A stretch of 63,897 bases of DNA, the filler included, from Octopus bimaculoides (lineage: Eukaryota), in assembly GCF_001194135.2 (NCBI RefSeq). It is 3 parts of 3 records of this genome, joined end to end, with 100 filler letters (N's around TTAATTAATTAA, not from the genome) between each part and the next. Parts side by side here need not be neighbours in the genome. Positions count along the whole stretch, not along the records: positions 1 to 27,941 come from NC_069005.1; 2 more parts are not named here. One strand, 5' to 3'. Position numbers and translations under genes: made by a program. The notes under the pieces were generated by a model. That model was not told where the DNA came from. It worked only from the letters and a program-made list of their open reading frames with translations, and made no database searches. Positions 1 to 12,982 of the stretch are shown piece after piece; position 1 is the stretch's first letter; each line of letters starts with the position of its first letter.

Positions 1-38
<38 letters not shown>

Positions 39-509
39 GGGCTTTCTCTATTTAACTTCCATCTAACTTTCCAGCTAGTTCTTGCACAACACCACACCGT
101 ATATCTATGTTAATATTTACTCCACACCGCCTCTATAACACTCCTATCTTTTACTCCAGCTCTTCACTAACTTTCTATCTTCCTCTATGAGCGTATATGT
201 GTGTATGTATGTGTATGCGTGTAACTATAGGTATGTATGTGTGATATGCGAGCATGTAATGTGTGTGTGTGTGCGTGCATCTGTATGTGTGTGAGTTACT
301 TCCTCCTATAGACTACATTCCAAACTATAAACTACCACTTTGTCTATTATTTGCATTATCTGGTTCTAAACTCCCTCTCTGTTACATTCCCGTTTTATCT
401 ACAATAGGCGTGGCTGTGTGGTAAGAAGTTTGCTTCCCAACCACACGGTTCCGTGTTCAGTCCCCCACTGCATGGCTGTGACACCTTGGCAATGCGTTTC
501 CTGTTATTG

Positions 510-551
<42 letters not shown>

Positions 552-2377
552 AGTCGAACAAAACTTTCTATGTGGATTTGGTAGACAGAAACTGAAAGAA
601 GCCCGCCGTATACATATATATATACAGATATAGGGCAGGGAATTGCCAATTAGTAATAAAATTAATAATTAACAATTTTGCCAAGTAGTTCATCTCATGC
701 TAAGCCCTATATATTTATGATTACATATATATATATATATATATATGTAATGTGTGCATGTGTCTTTGAGTGTGTGTTTATACTCCCCCCACCGCTTGAT
801 GACCGATGTTGGTTTGTTTACGTCCTCGTAACTTAGCAGTTCGGCATCGATAGACTGTGTACCAGGCTCTAAAAAAAATAGTAAGCTCTGGACTGTAATG
901 TGTGTATGTGTCTTTGCGTGTGTGTTTATACCCCACCACCGCTTGACGACCGATGTTGGTTTGTTTACCTCCCCGTAACTTAGCAGTTTGGCATCGATAG
1001 ACTGTGTACCAGGCTCTAAAAAAAATAGTAAGCTCTGGACTCGATTTGTTCGACTGAATCCTTCAAGGCGGTGCTGCAGTATGACCGCTAGCCAATGACT
1101 AAAATAAATAAACAAGTAAAAAAATAAAAGACGAAACACTCGGTGTTTGTCAACCAATCGGTCTCCCACCACTTTCTCATTCTCTCACACCTCCCCACTC
1201 TCTCTCTCCTCTCTTCCTCTCTCTATCTCTGTTTTCCTCGCTCTCGTTTCTTTTTACTTATACTTTTTTATTTTACTCTTTTACTTGTTTCAGTCATTTG
1301 ACTGCGGCCATGCTGGAGCACCGCCTTTAGTCGAGCAAATCGACCTCAGGACTTGTTCTTTGGAAGCCTAGTACTTATTCTATCGGTCTCTTTTGCCGAA
1401 CCGCTAAGTTACAGGGACGTAAACACACCACCATCGGTTGTCAAGTGATGCTGGAGGGACAAAGACAGACATACAAACATATACATACACATACATGTGT
1501 ATATACATATACATATATACGACGGGCTTCTTTCAGTTTCCGTCTACCAAATCCACTCACAAGGCTTTGGTCGGCCCGAGGCTCTAGTAGATGACACTTG
1601 CCCAAGGTGCCATGCAGTGGGACTGAATCAGGAACCATGTGGTTGGTAAGCAAGCTACTTACCACACAGCCACTCCTGCACCACTTATTATCGAAACCAC
1701 ATCGATAATTTTCAAGTTCAAACACAACCAGAAGTAGACTTGGTAACGATTCAAAATCACACTTTTCATAAAAAAAAAGAAAAGAAAAAAAAACAGAAAT
1801 ATTGGGGAAAACATTGACATTATTATGGTTGGTTGTTAAGGCGACGAGCTGGCAGAATCGTTAGCTTAACGATATTTCGCCCTTCGCAATGTTCTGAGTT
1901 CAAATTCCGCCGAGGTCGACTTTGCCTTGCATTCTTTCCAGGTCTATAAATTAAATACCAGTTATGCACTGGGGATCGATGTAATTGNNNNNNNNNNNNN
2001 NNNNNNNNNNNNNNNNNNNNNNNNNNNNNNNNNNNNNNNNNGGGTCGATCTAATCGACTGGTTCCCTCCCCCAAAATTTCAGGCCTTGTGCCTAGAGTAG
2101 AAAAGATTATGGTTGATTGTTAAGCCAGTGAGCTGGTAGAATCGTTAGCACACCAGGCGAAATGCTTAGCAGTATTTCGTCTGCCGTGACGTTCTGAGTT
2201 CAAATTCCGCCGAGGTCGACTTTGCCTTGCATTCTTTCCAGGTCTATAAATTAAATACCAGTTATGCACTGGGGATCGATGTAATTGACTTAATCCCTTT
2301 GTCTGTCCTTGTTTGTTCCCTCTATGTTTAGCCCCTTGTGGGCAATAAAGAAATAAGAAATTGAAAGAAGCCTGTCG

Positions 2378-2424
<47 letters not shown>

Positions 2425-3182
2425 TTATGTGTGTGTGTCTTTGTGTGTGTCTCCCAACCATCACTTGACATCCGATGTTGATGTGTTTACGTCCCTATAA
2501 CTTAGTGGTTCGGCAAAAGAGACTGATAGAATAAGTACCAAGCTTACAAAGAATAAGTCCTGGGATCGATTTCTTTGACTAAAAGGCAGTGCTCCAGCAT
2601 GGCTGAAGTCAAATGACTGATCCAGGTAAAAGAGTAAAAGAGAAGTTCTTGGGTCGATTTGTTCNNNNNNNNNNAAAAAAAAAAAAACAAAGACAAAAAG
2701 CAAAAAAAAACAAAGACAAAAAGCAAAAAAAAAAAAGGAAAAGGAAAAAAAATGGCGTCAAGTTTACTGATGGAACGTCACTGATCATAGAGTAAGGATA
2801 AGCAGCCTTTATCAAGAAGTGGGTTGTATAAGACAATGCTTATCATCTGAAAATTAATTTTGAAATTATAACCAGAAACTGCAGATTCGGATTGTCCATC
2901 TTTTAAATTCAAGGTAATTTTTCATTAGTTGTGCCATTTTCAAAGGCCTGTGGGGACTTTAGTTGAGGGCTGATCTCTGGGTTTCGACACCATCAGCTGC
3001 CTATCTGAGAATATCAAACAGATATTCCTATCATCAGCTGCCTATCAGATATCATTAGGGTTTTGACATCCAAACAGTACCATTCAGCGTTAAACACGTA
3101 AAAGCTGCCTAGGAATCAATGAACAAGTAACTGGAGCAAAATATTAGTGTAATATTCCTGCTTATTATTTGGAATAACAATA

Positions 3183-3400
3183 AGGCGGCGAGAGGGAAGA
3201 ATCGTTAGCACAGCGGGATAAATGCTTAGCGGCATTTCATCCCTCTTCATGTTCTGCGTTCAAATTCCGCCGAGGTCGACTTTGCCTTTCATCCTTTCGG
3301 GGTCGATGAAATAAGTACCAGTCATGCACTGGGGTCGATGTAATTGATTTGTCACCTCCCCCAATGCTTCAGGCTTTGTTCTTATGGTAGAAGGGATTAT
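3183..3400 (+). mobile_element. tRNA-headed SINE with Meta-domain-like centre (family B), representative. Others about 1838-2360, 16150-16265, 19920-20190, 22586-22645, 39935-40030, 40615-41035, 43395-43550
   Basis: Head GGCGGCGAGCTGGCAGAATCGTTAGC...GAGTTCAAATTCC, then GAGGTCGACTTTGCCTTTCATCCTTTCGGGGTCGATAAAATAAGTACCAG. Confidence 0.85.
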
Positions 3401-4749
3401 TAAAAATAACAACATTGAATATAAAAATGGTATCAAATTATAGCTACAAAGCTAGAATTTAAAACAAAAAAGAAAGAAAGAAAACAGCATCTGTAAAACG
3501 AAGAAATTCTTCACATGGAGGTCGAAAAGACCTGTCAAAAACAGGATTTTACTTACGTTCTTCCGGGCTTGCCACTGCGAGATCTCCTGATGGCGACGGG
3601 ACACTTGCTTGGAGGCCCATCTGAGGAAGATTAGATCTTTGAAAAGAACTTTTATTGAACTTTATTGAACTGCCATTGAAGTTTTGACTTTTATTGGATT
3701 TGTATTGAACAATGTTTTCAAGGGGTTATCGATCGGCGGGCATCAGTGCCTCTCTCATTTTTATTCACCTTTTGTTATCATCCTCATCACATTTATGTCT
3801 TTGTCCAGCCTGCAGCTACCACTCTATGTACAGCCCTTGTGGCTAATTCAATGAAATAAAGTAGCTTGCTTACCAGCCATATGACTTAGCGATTCGGCAA
3901 AGGCACCGATAGAGTAAGTACTAGACTTAAATGAGCACTGGAGTTCGACTTATCTTTCAAACCAATGCCCCAGAGAGTTTGCAGTCCAATGATTAAAACA
4001 AGTAAAAGAGTTAAATATCTGGGTCTATATTGTCCGCTATTTGTTTAAGGCGGTTAAATACTCTTTTACTTGTTTCAGTCATTTGACTGCGGCCATGCTG
4101 GAGCACCGCCTTTAGTCGAGCAAATCGACCCCAGGACTTATTCTTCGGAAGCCTAGTACTTATTCTAGCGGTCTCTTTTGCCGAACCGCTAAGTTACGGG
4201 GATCTAAACACACCAGCATCGATTATCAAGCGATGTTGGGGGGGACAAACACACACACACAAACATACACATAAACATACATATATATATATATACATAT
4301 AAACGACAGGCTTCTTTCAGTTTCCGTCTACCAAATCCACTCACAAGGCTTTGGTCGGCCCGAGGCTATAGTAGTAGTCACTTNNNNNNNNNNNNNNNNN
4401 NNNNNNNNNNNNNNNNNNNNNNNNNNNNNNNNNNNNNNNNNNNNNNNNNNNNNNNNNNNNNNNNNNNNNNNNNNNNNNNNNNNNNNNNNNNNNNNNNNNN
4501 NNNNNNNNNNNNNNNNNNNNNNNNNNNNNNNNNNNNNNNNNNNNNNNNNNNNNNNNNNNNNNNNNNNNNNNNNNNNNNNNNNNNNNNNNNNNNNNNNNNN
4601 NNNNNNNNNNNNNNNNNNNNNNNNNNNNNNNNNNNNNNNNNNNNNNNNNNNNNNNNNNNNNNNNNNNNNNNNNNNNNNNNNNNNNNNNNNNNNNNNNNNN
4701 NNNNNNNNNNNNNNNNNNNNNNNNNNNNNNNNNNNNNNNNNNNNNNNNN

Positions 4750-4780
<31 letters not shown>

Positions 4781-5879
4781 CTGTATTATAGTGTAGATAA
4801 TTTTTTTAAACTGTTTTACTCGACACTGGTTCCAAAAAAGAATTAAACACACAAAAAAAAGAAGACAAATCCGAATTACATTCATTCGCTGCAAGTATTA
4901 TAGCTACGAGCACTGCAGCCAACTACTGCAACAGTCTGTTCGTCATTTTTACTCTACACTTACTCCAGTTTCTCTCTTTCTTTCTCTCTCTCTCCCTGAC
5001 GGTTCTATATCCGTTCTTGTCTTATACCCTCTCTCTTTCTCACATTGCACGTCCTCCTGTTCTCATTATTACTTTCTCTCTATCTTTCGTTTTTTCAACT
5101 CATTTACTTTATATGTCCTCCTTTTTTTTCTCTCTGTTTATCACTAACTTTTCTGTTCTGTTCTTGTTCTCGTTCTCACTTCCTACCAATTCTGTTGGTC
5201 ACCACACTCTGTCTCCATCTCTCTATCTCTCCCCCCCACAAACCCCCTTTCTCTGACTGTCAGTCACTCATTTTATGTCCGCCTCACTTTCTCTGTCCGT
5301 TTATCATTCACTTTACTGCTCCTACCCTCTCATTTCCTTTTCATTCTCTTAGTCCTTCACTGCCAGTCATCCACTTTATGTCCGCCACTTGTGTCGCCCG
5401 ATATACTCTCCTCCCGTTCTGTCACCTATCCACTTTATATCGCCACCCTCTCACTCTATTCAATCTTTCTTTCTTCCACTCACCCTATCACCCCTCCATA
5501 CTATAATCACCTCACACACACACACTCTCTCTCTCTCTCTATCTCTTCACTTTTCTCTCATTTCCGCTCAGTCTTGCACTTTGTGATCATTACTCTTTCT
5601 TCCCCTCTCGTCTAACTGTGTCAGTCCAGTCATCCACTCTACGTCCTTCATCCATTCACCGTTTCTTTCTTTCACTCACATATACTCCCACCCTCTCATT
5701 CTTTCTCGTTAATTTTGCACTTTTCCTCCCACCACTCCTCCTACCCTTAACTCCACTCCAACCTCCTCTTTCAACGCATTCTCTCTCTCTCTCGCTCTCG
5801 CTCTACGCAAATCATTCACTTTATGTCCGCTTTCTCCTCCTCCTCCTCCTTTATTCTTTTACTTTATCGCTCAACACTT

Positions 5880-6842
5880 GCATTCAGCTCGGCAGCCGCA
5901 CGCACACACACACACACACACATGAACCTGTGTCTTTTAATAACTTACACTCAACCTGATAACTACACGCGAGCACACACACACACCGTCGGTAAGAACA
6001 ACCATCACATAGTCACACACGCACACGTTTCCCTCTCACTGTTACTCACGCATAGACATCACACATAAAGACATTGTAAGGAAGACACAGACAAGACTCA
6101 CACAGAAATAAACGGAGGCATACAACAGCCTCACTCACTCACTCACTCACTCACTAACACTTATCTACATAGTTAAGTAGCCGCACACACGTACACATCC
6201 CCGGACATATAAAGATATCACCATCCCTGTGATCACGTGTAGACATATGTATACACATGAAATAAATGGCTATATTTCTGTTAAAATGTCTATTTATTAC
6301 CTTCACTCATACTCAGCGAGGTAGACGCGCGCACGTACACAGCAACAGCTATACCGCCATAGAAATATATAGACAGACATGTCTGTCTGTCTGTTTCCAC
6401 ACTTCACTCACACTCAACTAGGCAGCCGCGCTCACGTATACAGCAACAGTGGTACACCGACCGACAATTTGCAAGATCGTCCGTAAATAAACGTAAAGTA
6501 ATCACCATACGTGTACCTTCTTTTTCTCTGTTTTTTTTCCCCCCTTTAACACTTTCACCTGCACTTAGCTTAAGTAGCCGCGCACACGTATGCAGCAACA
6601 GTCACTCACCGCCACCACCGCCGCCGCCGCCACTTGCAGCCTCGTACCTCACACTCTCGTTCCCTCTCACTCACACTCACGCAGAGCCAGGCAGCCGCGT
6701 ATTCGTACAGAAACAAGAGTCAACAGAGCCAGGCCAGCAATAAAGAACCATTACCATTAAAACACCAACACTAGCAGCAGCAGCAGCACGGCTAGCACCA
6801 CATATGAGACAAGCAGAGCACAGACACACAGACGTCGTTCGC

Positions 6843-6874
<32 letters not shown>

Positions 6875-7044
6875 TACACATACACACTTACTCATTGGCA
6901 CATTCGCACAGACCAACCAACTGTCTCTCACTCTGGGTCTCTCACTCTCTCACTCACACACACACATTTACTTCAAACAGTACAAGCCAAATTTCTCAGC
7001 TAGGAATGGATATATGACATTGACGAAAGAACATGCGAGAGAAA
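5880..7044 (+). promoter_or_regulatory. CpG-rich promoter/5'UTR region of PTEN
   Basis: CpG-rich, with a (GCC)n tract near 6610-6630 and a recurring ~27-nt motif, directly upstream of the PTEN ATG. TSS not identifiable. Confidence 0.6.
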
Positions 7045-7123
7045 ATGGCTAACAAGATAAAAGGAATCGTAAGCAAGAAGAAAAGGCGTTTCCAAGAAGA
7101 TGGCTTCGACTTGGACTTAACCT
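7045..7123 (+). CDS. PTEN: PTEN coding exon 1 (partial gene)
   Basis: Translates [26 protein letters not shown]+T, matching the PTEN N-terminus (human [27 protein letters not shown]). It is 79 nt with a phase-1 end, as in human exon 1. Not in the ORF track because it is spliced. Confidence 0.95.
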
Positions 7124-7132
7124 GTATCCTTT
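7124..7132 (+). other. U12-type (minor spliceosome) 5' splice site of PTEN intron 1
   Basis: GTATCCTTT directly after the exon matches the U12 consensus RTATCCTTT. Human PTEN intron 1 is a known U12 intron at this position. Confidence 0.92.
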
Positions 7133-7232
7133 TAATTTGTTATAAATGAACCTCACATATCTTAGGCAGACAGACATACATACATACATGCATACATACA
7201 TACATTCATATATATATTTATATATATATATA

Positions 7233-7273
<41 letters not shown>

Positions 7274-7536
7274 CTATATATATATATATATATTTATATA
7301 ATACACAGGTACATGTGTACGTATGTATGTATATATATATGTATGTATCTATGTGTCTATGTTAAAAGTTAGATTCTGTTGTCGGACCGCCGATCGAAGA
7401 ATATCGTTTGGACCTGTTTTTAACTAGAATGGACCCCTCAATTGTGATGGTGTGTTGCTCTTCGTTTTTATTATTTTTTTTTTTTATCGCACACTTTATT
7501 GGAAGGGAAACACCGCTATGATGTGGAGGCAAATAT

Positions 7537-7573
<37 letters not shown>

Positions 7574-7918
7574 GTATGTATATGTTCTCCCATGGACAAC
7601 GAAGGTAAATATCGCTTTCACACTTTATGCATACAATCATTTTATTTATATCATCCGTACATAGTGATGCGTGTATGTTTCGTGTACATATAAATACAAA
7701 TAAAATACATATGTATGTGTTGCTTAAGTTTCATTCGAACCCCCAGCTACTGGTGTCTGTGTGTGTGCGCATGTATTCATTACAACAGCTATTGATCTAA
7801 GTATATATATATATATGTATATATAAATTTGGTGCCCCAGCATGGTCACAGACGCATGACTGAAGCCAGTAATATATCTATGATATATATAATGTACGTA
7901 TGAAATCGTATGTTATAT

Positions 7919-7953
<35 letters not shown>

Positions 7954-8449
7954 CACATGAATGTCATATATATATATGTTATTTCACTGACAACTTCGTA
8001 TGGGGAAAAGTTATACATCCACATATAGAAATCTAAGTAACATGTACATTTCCTTTCGATGCATATCTATCTATCTATCTATCTGTGTGTGTATGCACAC
8101 GTAGTCTTCATATATATATGTGTGTATATGTATATACACGATAAACATTAGCTCTGCTGCGCGTGTATGTACGATGTTTTCAAAGCCTGGCGACCTCTGT
8201 GCCCCATATATCTCCTCCGATGTTCACAACATTACTTAACATCTCCGCGCGAATCCATCCAACCCCTGGATACTCCGACCGAGTCCATTCCAGTCATATG
8301 AGTTATAATTCCTCCACCTCTCATCCTCTTACTCTTTTTTTCCGCAATCCATCATCATTATCATCCTCATCATCACCATCATCATAACATGAAAAGCATG
8401 TACTGAAAAAGAGCTCCTCCCCTCATAACTCCCTTCTCCCATATGTGAT

Positions 8450-8480
<31 letters not shown>

Positions 8481-9469
8481 GTATGTATATACACACATAT
8501 ATATATTTACANNNNNNNNNNNNNNNNNNNNNNNNNNNNNNNNNNNNNNNNNNNNNNNNNNNNNNNNNNNNNNNNNNNNNNNNNNNNNNNNNNNNNNNNN
8601 NNNNNNNNNNNNNNNNNNNNNNNNNNNNNNNNNNNNNNNNNNNNNNNNNNNNNNNNNNNNNNNNNNNNNNNNNNNNNNNNNNNNNNNNNNNNNNNNNNNN
8701 NNNNNNNNNNNNNNNNNNNNNNNNNNNNNNNNNNNNNNNNNNNNNNNNNNNNNNNNNNNNNNNNNNNNNNNNNNNNNNNNNNNNNNNNNNNNNNNNNNNN
8801 NNNNNNNNNNNNNNNNNNNNNNNNNNNNNNNNNNNNNNNNNNNNNNNNNNNNNNNNNNNNNNNNNNNNNNNNNNNNNNNNNNNNNNNNNNNNNNNNNNNN
8901 NNNNNNNNNNNNNNNNNNNNNNNNNNNNNNNNNNNNNNNNNNNNNNNNNNNNNNNNNNNNNNNNNNNNNNNNNNNNNNNNNNNNNNNNNNNNNNNNNNNN
9001 NNNNNNNNNNNNNNNNNNNNNNNNNNNNNNNNNNNNNNNNNNNNNNNNNNNNNNNNNNNNNNNNNNNNNNNNNNNNNNNNNNNNNNNNNNNNNNNNNNNN
9101 NNNNNNNNNNNNNNNNNNNNNNNNNNNNNNNNNNNNNNNNNNNNNNNNNNNNNNNNNNNNNNNNNNNNNNNNNNNNNNNNNNNNNNNNNNNNNNNNNNNN
9201 NNNNNNNNNNNNNNNNNNNNNNNNNNNNNNNNNNNNNNNNNNNNNNNNNNNNNNNNNNNNNNNNNNNNNNNNNNNNNNNNNNNNNNNNNNNNNNNNNNNN
9301 NNNNNNNNNNNNNNNNNNNNNNNNNNNNNNNNNNNNNNNNNNNNNNNNNNNNNNNNNNNNNNNNNNNNNNNNNNNNNNNNNNNNNNNNNNNNNNNNNNNN
9401 NNNNNNNNNNNNNNNNNNNNNNNNNNNNNNNNNNNNNNNNNNNNNNNNNNNNNNNNNNNNNNNNNNNNN

Positions 9470-9504
<35 letters not shown>

Positions 9505-9998
9505 GGAACAATAATTAACCAGTGTGTCCCTAAAACCCCTTCTGTCCTACTTCCCCAGAGAGAATGTGTAACATGTAAATTTGAAGGGATTTTTTTCAGG
9601 TTGCTACTGTTAGCAGGCCCAGCGGCCTCGTGTGAAGCTCTGACTGGATCGTGTGTCTGTGTTGTTGCTTAGCCCCGCTGTTAAGTCTTAATTCAACAAT
9701 CACATACTCAAAAAGCGTTCCATTCGTGACCTTCGTGTCTTATTTTTCGGCCTCAGTCATCAAAGGTGTCTAACCTTTCTTCCTGAAGACGGACTAGTGT
9801 GATTCGAGGGAGATCTTGCATAGCTATTATTTCTAGGAAGTCGAACGATCGTGTTCGATCACCACCAAAGGCCCAGATCAGCTCTAGTGGAGCAACCATA
9901 TTAACGAAGGCTCTCCAGCTTTGACCATCTCGTTTATATCTTCTAGAGATATATCGAACATCTAGGTCTTAGTAATCTATGGGGACTTGTTTCGGTCC

Positions 9999-10390
9999 AG
10001 ATGGACTATATGTAATCTGAACCTTTCCCCCCTTATTTATTATTATTTTTTTTTTACGGAATCCCACGTTTTAGGCTATGGAGATTCCGATTCTGAAAAA
10101 AAAAATTTCAAAAATCTCAATTTCAAAATTTCGATTCCCCCCTCCCCCCGGTTTTTATATAGATCCACAGGGTAAACCTAACCCCAACTCTAACCCTAAC
10201 ACTAGTTTTGTGAGATTTGGCTGTTATTTCTAGCATGTAAATAGCCTGCTTGGTGGTGGTGGGGGGGAATTGTAATTTTTCAAACAATTTTTTTTCAGAA
10301 TCGGAATCTCCATAGCCTAAAACGTGGGATTCCATTAAAAAAAATTAATAAATAAGGGGGGGAAAGGTTCAGATTACATGTAGTCCGTCT
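9999..10390. repeat. Long near-perfect inverted repeat (foldback/MITE)
   Basis: AGATGGACTATATGTAATCTGAACCTTTCCCCCC...GGCTATGGAGATTCCGATTCTGAAAAAAA is mirrored at about 10260-10390. Arms ~135-150 bp, spacer ~110 bp. Confidence 0.9.
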
Positions 10391-11104
10391 CTACCCTTGC
10401 TTCTTTTTCGTGATTATAGGAAATAATTTGGAAATTTTTGGTCGCTATTTTTAGCTGTTTCGGGCGACCTTTTAGTTGGCTCTCGTTTCGCTCTTATTTA
10501 TGTCTTTATGGAGAGAAGACGATTTTTTTTTTGGCAAGTGGTCAGAAATAAGGTGTAATATTTAGCCCTCTTAAATTATCTATCTATATATCTATCTATC
10601 TATCACTCGTCTCTCCCTCTGTATTATTAGTCTGACAACAATCCCTTTGCCTGCTTTTTTTGTTCTAGGAAAACCTCTTTAATAGAACACACTCTCTTGT
10701 TTACTCTTAATCTTAGGGTCAACACGTTTGTTGTCGTATAGATACCACCACCGATCTATCTACCTATCTATCTATCTATCCATCATCTATCTACCTACCA
10801 TCTCTCTAGCTATCTACATGACTAACATACAAAGCGGAACGCTGAGGAGAGGCGGTCTGGCCGTGGCCGTCCATCCATTCCGTATTTATCATTCAGATAT
10901 AGTGTATCTAGGACTATATAATCTAATGTGTCGTTCTTGATTTCTTTTTTTTTTTCAACTTTTTCTTTTGACGGCAGGGAATTGAGATAACATTAAGCTG
11001 CTAATTCGTTGTGGCTCCATCATTTATTTTGTTTCTAAAAGAGGGTAGTGTCTTTTTTTTCCTACCCCCTATCTTACACAAGGCCAACAAGGGGGCCTCA
11101 TAAA

Positions 11105-11500
11105 GCTGCTAAAAATAGCAGCCAACTCTCCTTAAAATCACATGTTTACTGTCTTAAAAATGTTTTGGACGGTGTAGTGTAGTTTTCGATATACAAAAAG
11201 ACGTGATTGTCATGGCTTGATACTGTTTTGATTCGAGGTCTGCTGGATCAGGTCTGACCTGTGGCTAAAAACAGTCAGTTTGAGCACAGTTATAAGACAT
11301 TCCACTCACGACCATCTTTTGTTTCCCTCCCAACCTTTCAGACTGTGCACCTTGGACAACATTATCTTATGTGTGTCCTTCGTTTTTTCTAAAACGGTCT
11401 TAATCTGAACTTCAGGGAAATTATAATTTGACTGCTGTTTCTAGCTGGTTAGTTCGATCGACCGCATAGTGGAGCCCTCCACACAAACTGGCTCGTCTGC
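11105..11500. repeat. Unclassified dispersed repeat with core TTGGCTGCTATTTCTAGCA; fragments also near 9810, 10215, 11800, 12165, 22400, 23450, 27485, 30000, 49005
   Basis: The same core recurs on both strands at about ten sites. Confidence 0.55.
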
Positions 11501-12949
11501 ACTGTTGCTGTTTGTTTAGTCCGTGGCTGATCAGATTGATCGAGACCTATACAAATCAAAGCCTTTCCAGTTGTNNNNNNNNNNNNNNNNNNNNNNNNNN
11601 NNNNNNNNNNNNNNNNNNNNNNNNNNNNNNNNNNNNNNNNNNNNNNNNNNNNNNNNNNNNNNNNNNNNNNNNNNNNNNNNNNNNNNNNNNNNNNNNNNNN
11701 NNNNNNNNNNNNNNNNNNNNNNNNNNNNNNNNNNNNNNNNNNNNNNNNNNNNNNNNNNNNNNTTTTTTTTTTTTTTTTTTGTAATGTGGTAGTGTGTGAT
11801 TTAAGAGGTAGATTTGGCTGTGGTTTTTAGTTCGTCGAATTATACTGTAGTAGAGATTCGCTAGTGTTTTATTGGGGGGGGGGACCCAGGGGTTGTTTGA
11901 AGCCACACAGAAAGGGGTTAAACATATCCCATTGGGAAAGCTACAAGCTTTGCGCTATATTGTATTTTTGCAACGATACTCCCTAAATAAACAAACAAGC
12001 AACCTTAGAGATGAGTCTTCGAGGTATTTAGGGGTTACGCATCCCTTATCTGTGCGAAATATGTTGTCTCCCATCCATTCTTTAGATGTTCTTATGACAA
12101 CGTGCGTGCTTTTGTGTTCCCTTTTCAGACTGAGTAGATTACGATGTAGATTAAGGGCAGTGGCGTTTGGTTGCTATTTCTAACAGGGTTCGCGTCCACG
12201 TAGAGGCGCTTTTGTTTGCATGGCTATTTGCCTCTCCAGTTGACGGCTAGTCTTCGACTTCTATCCAAAAAAGGTTTTTTAAACTCAATATTTACATGCT
12301 ATGATTTGTAGCTTTATCACCTGCTTCGAGATCCACTATTTTAAAAAGAAGTTATATATACACACACACGTGTGTGTGTGTTAGTGTGTATAGTTCTTCA
12401 GCCCCTGTTCCTGATCCTGTAGAATTATGATTAAAGGCATTCCTCTCCGTTCCGTTTCCTTTATTTATTTTCTCTACGCCAAGGACTAACTTACCATTGT
12501 CCAGTGTAATCCTCTTATATTTTTAAGACGATGTGATTTGCGGGCAAATGCCAGACCTATTCCGCCACATAGTGGTGGTGGTGGTGGGTTTATTTCTCCC
12601 TTTCTCTCGATGGTTCGATCATTGTTTGCCTAGGGCTAAACAACAATTTCTAAATCCTTCAATAGAGGTGTTGATCCCCCCATCGCTTCCTCTCCCCCTC
12701 CCCCCCAGCTATGACGACATGTTGGTTTTCCGGAATCTGTTGTCAGGTCACATGTAATAATGCACTTTATATTTACGTACACACACGCGCGCACTGACGT
12801 GTGATTGTGTATGTGTGTGTGTGTGTGTATATATATATGTGTATATGTTTGTATATATATATATATATCTGTGTATTCAGTGTATGTTTGTGTGTACATA
12901 TATATGCGTGTGTATATATAATTACATGAATCTGAGAAGCAACAGTACG

Positions 12950-12982
<33 letters not shown>

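Noticed and set aside
1895-2290. Two adjacent SINEs sharing ~90 identical nt with private mutations
   Set aside because: The identity ends exactly at a gap edge; most likely repeat mis-extension during assembly.
2975-3055. CUGAUGA and GAAA on the minus strand with a duplicated GATAGGCAGCTGATG
   Set aside because: The elements are not in hammerhead order or spacing; at best a rearranged relic.
6900-7044. PTEN-Long-type N-terminal extension
   Set aside because: In-frame TGA stops at 7015 and 7021 limit any extension to a few codons.
8445-9672. Long ORFs spanning N runs (also 22669-23536, 39162-39816, 45631-46167, 56580-57233, 61423-62340)
   Set aside because: Open only because of assembly gaps.
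10175-10200. Telomere-like TAACCC motifs
   Set aside because: Only two or three degenerate units inside a MITE spacer.
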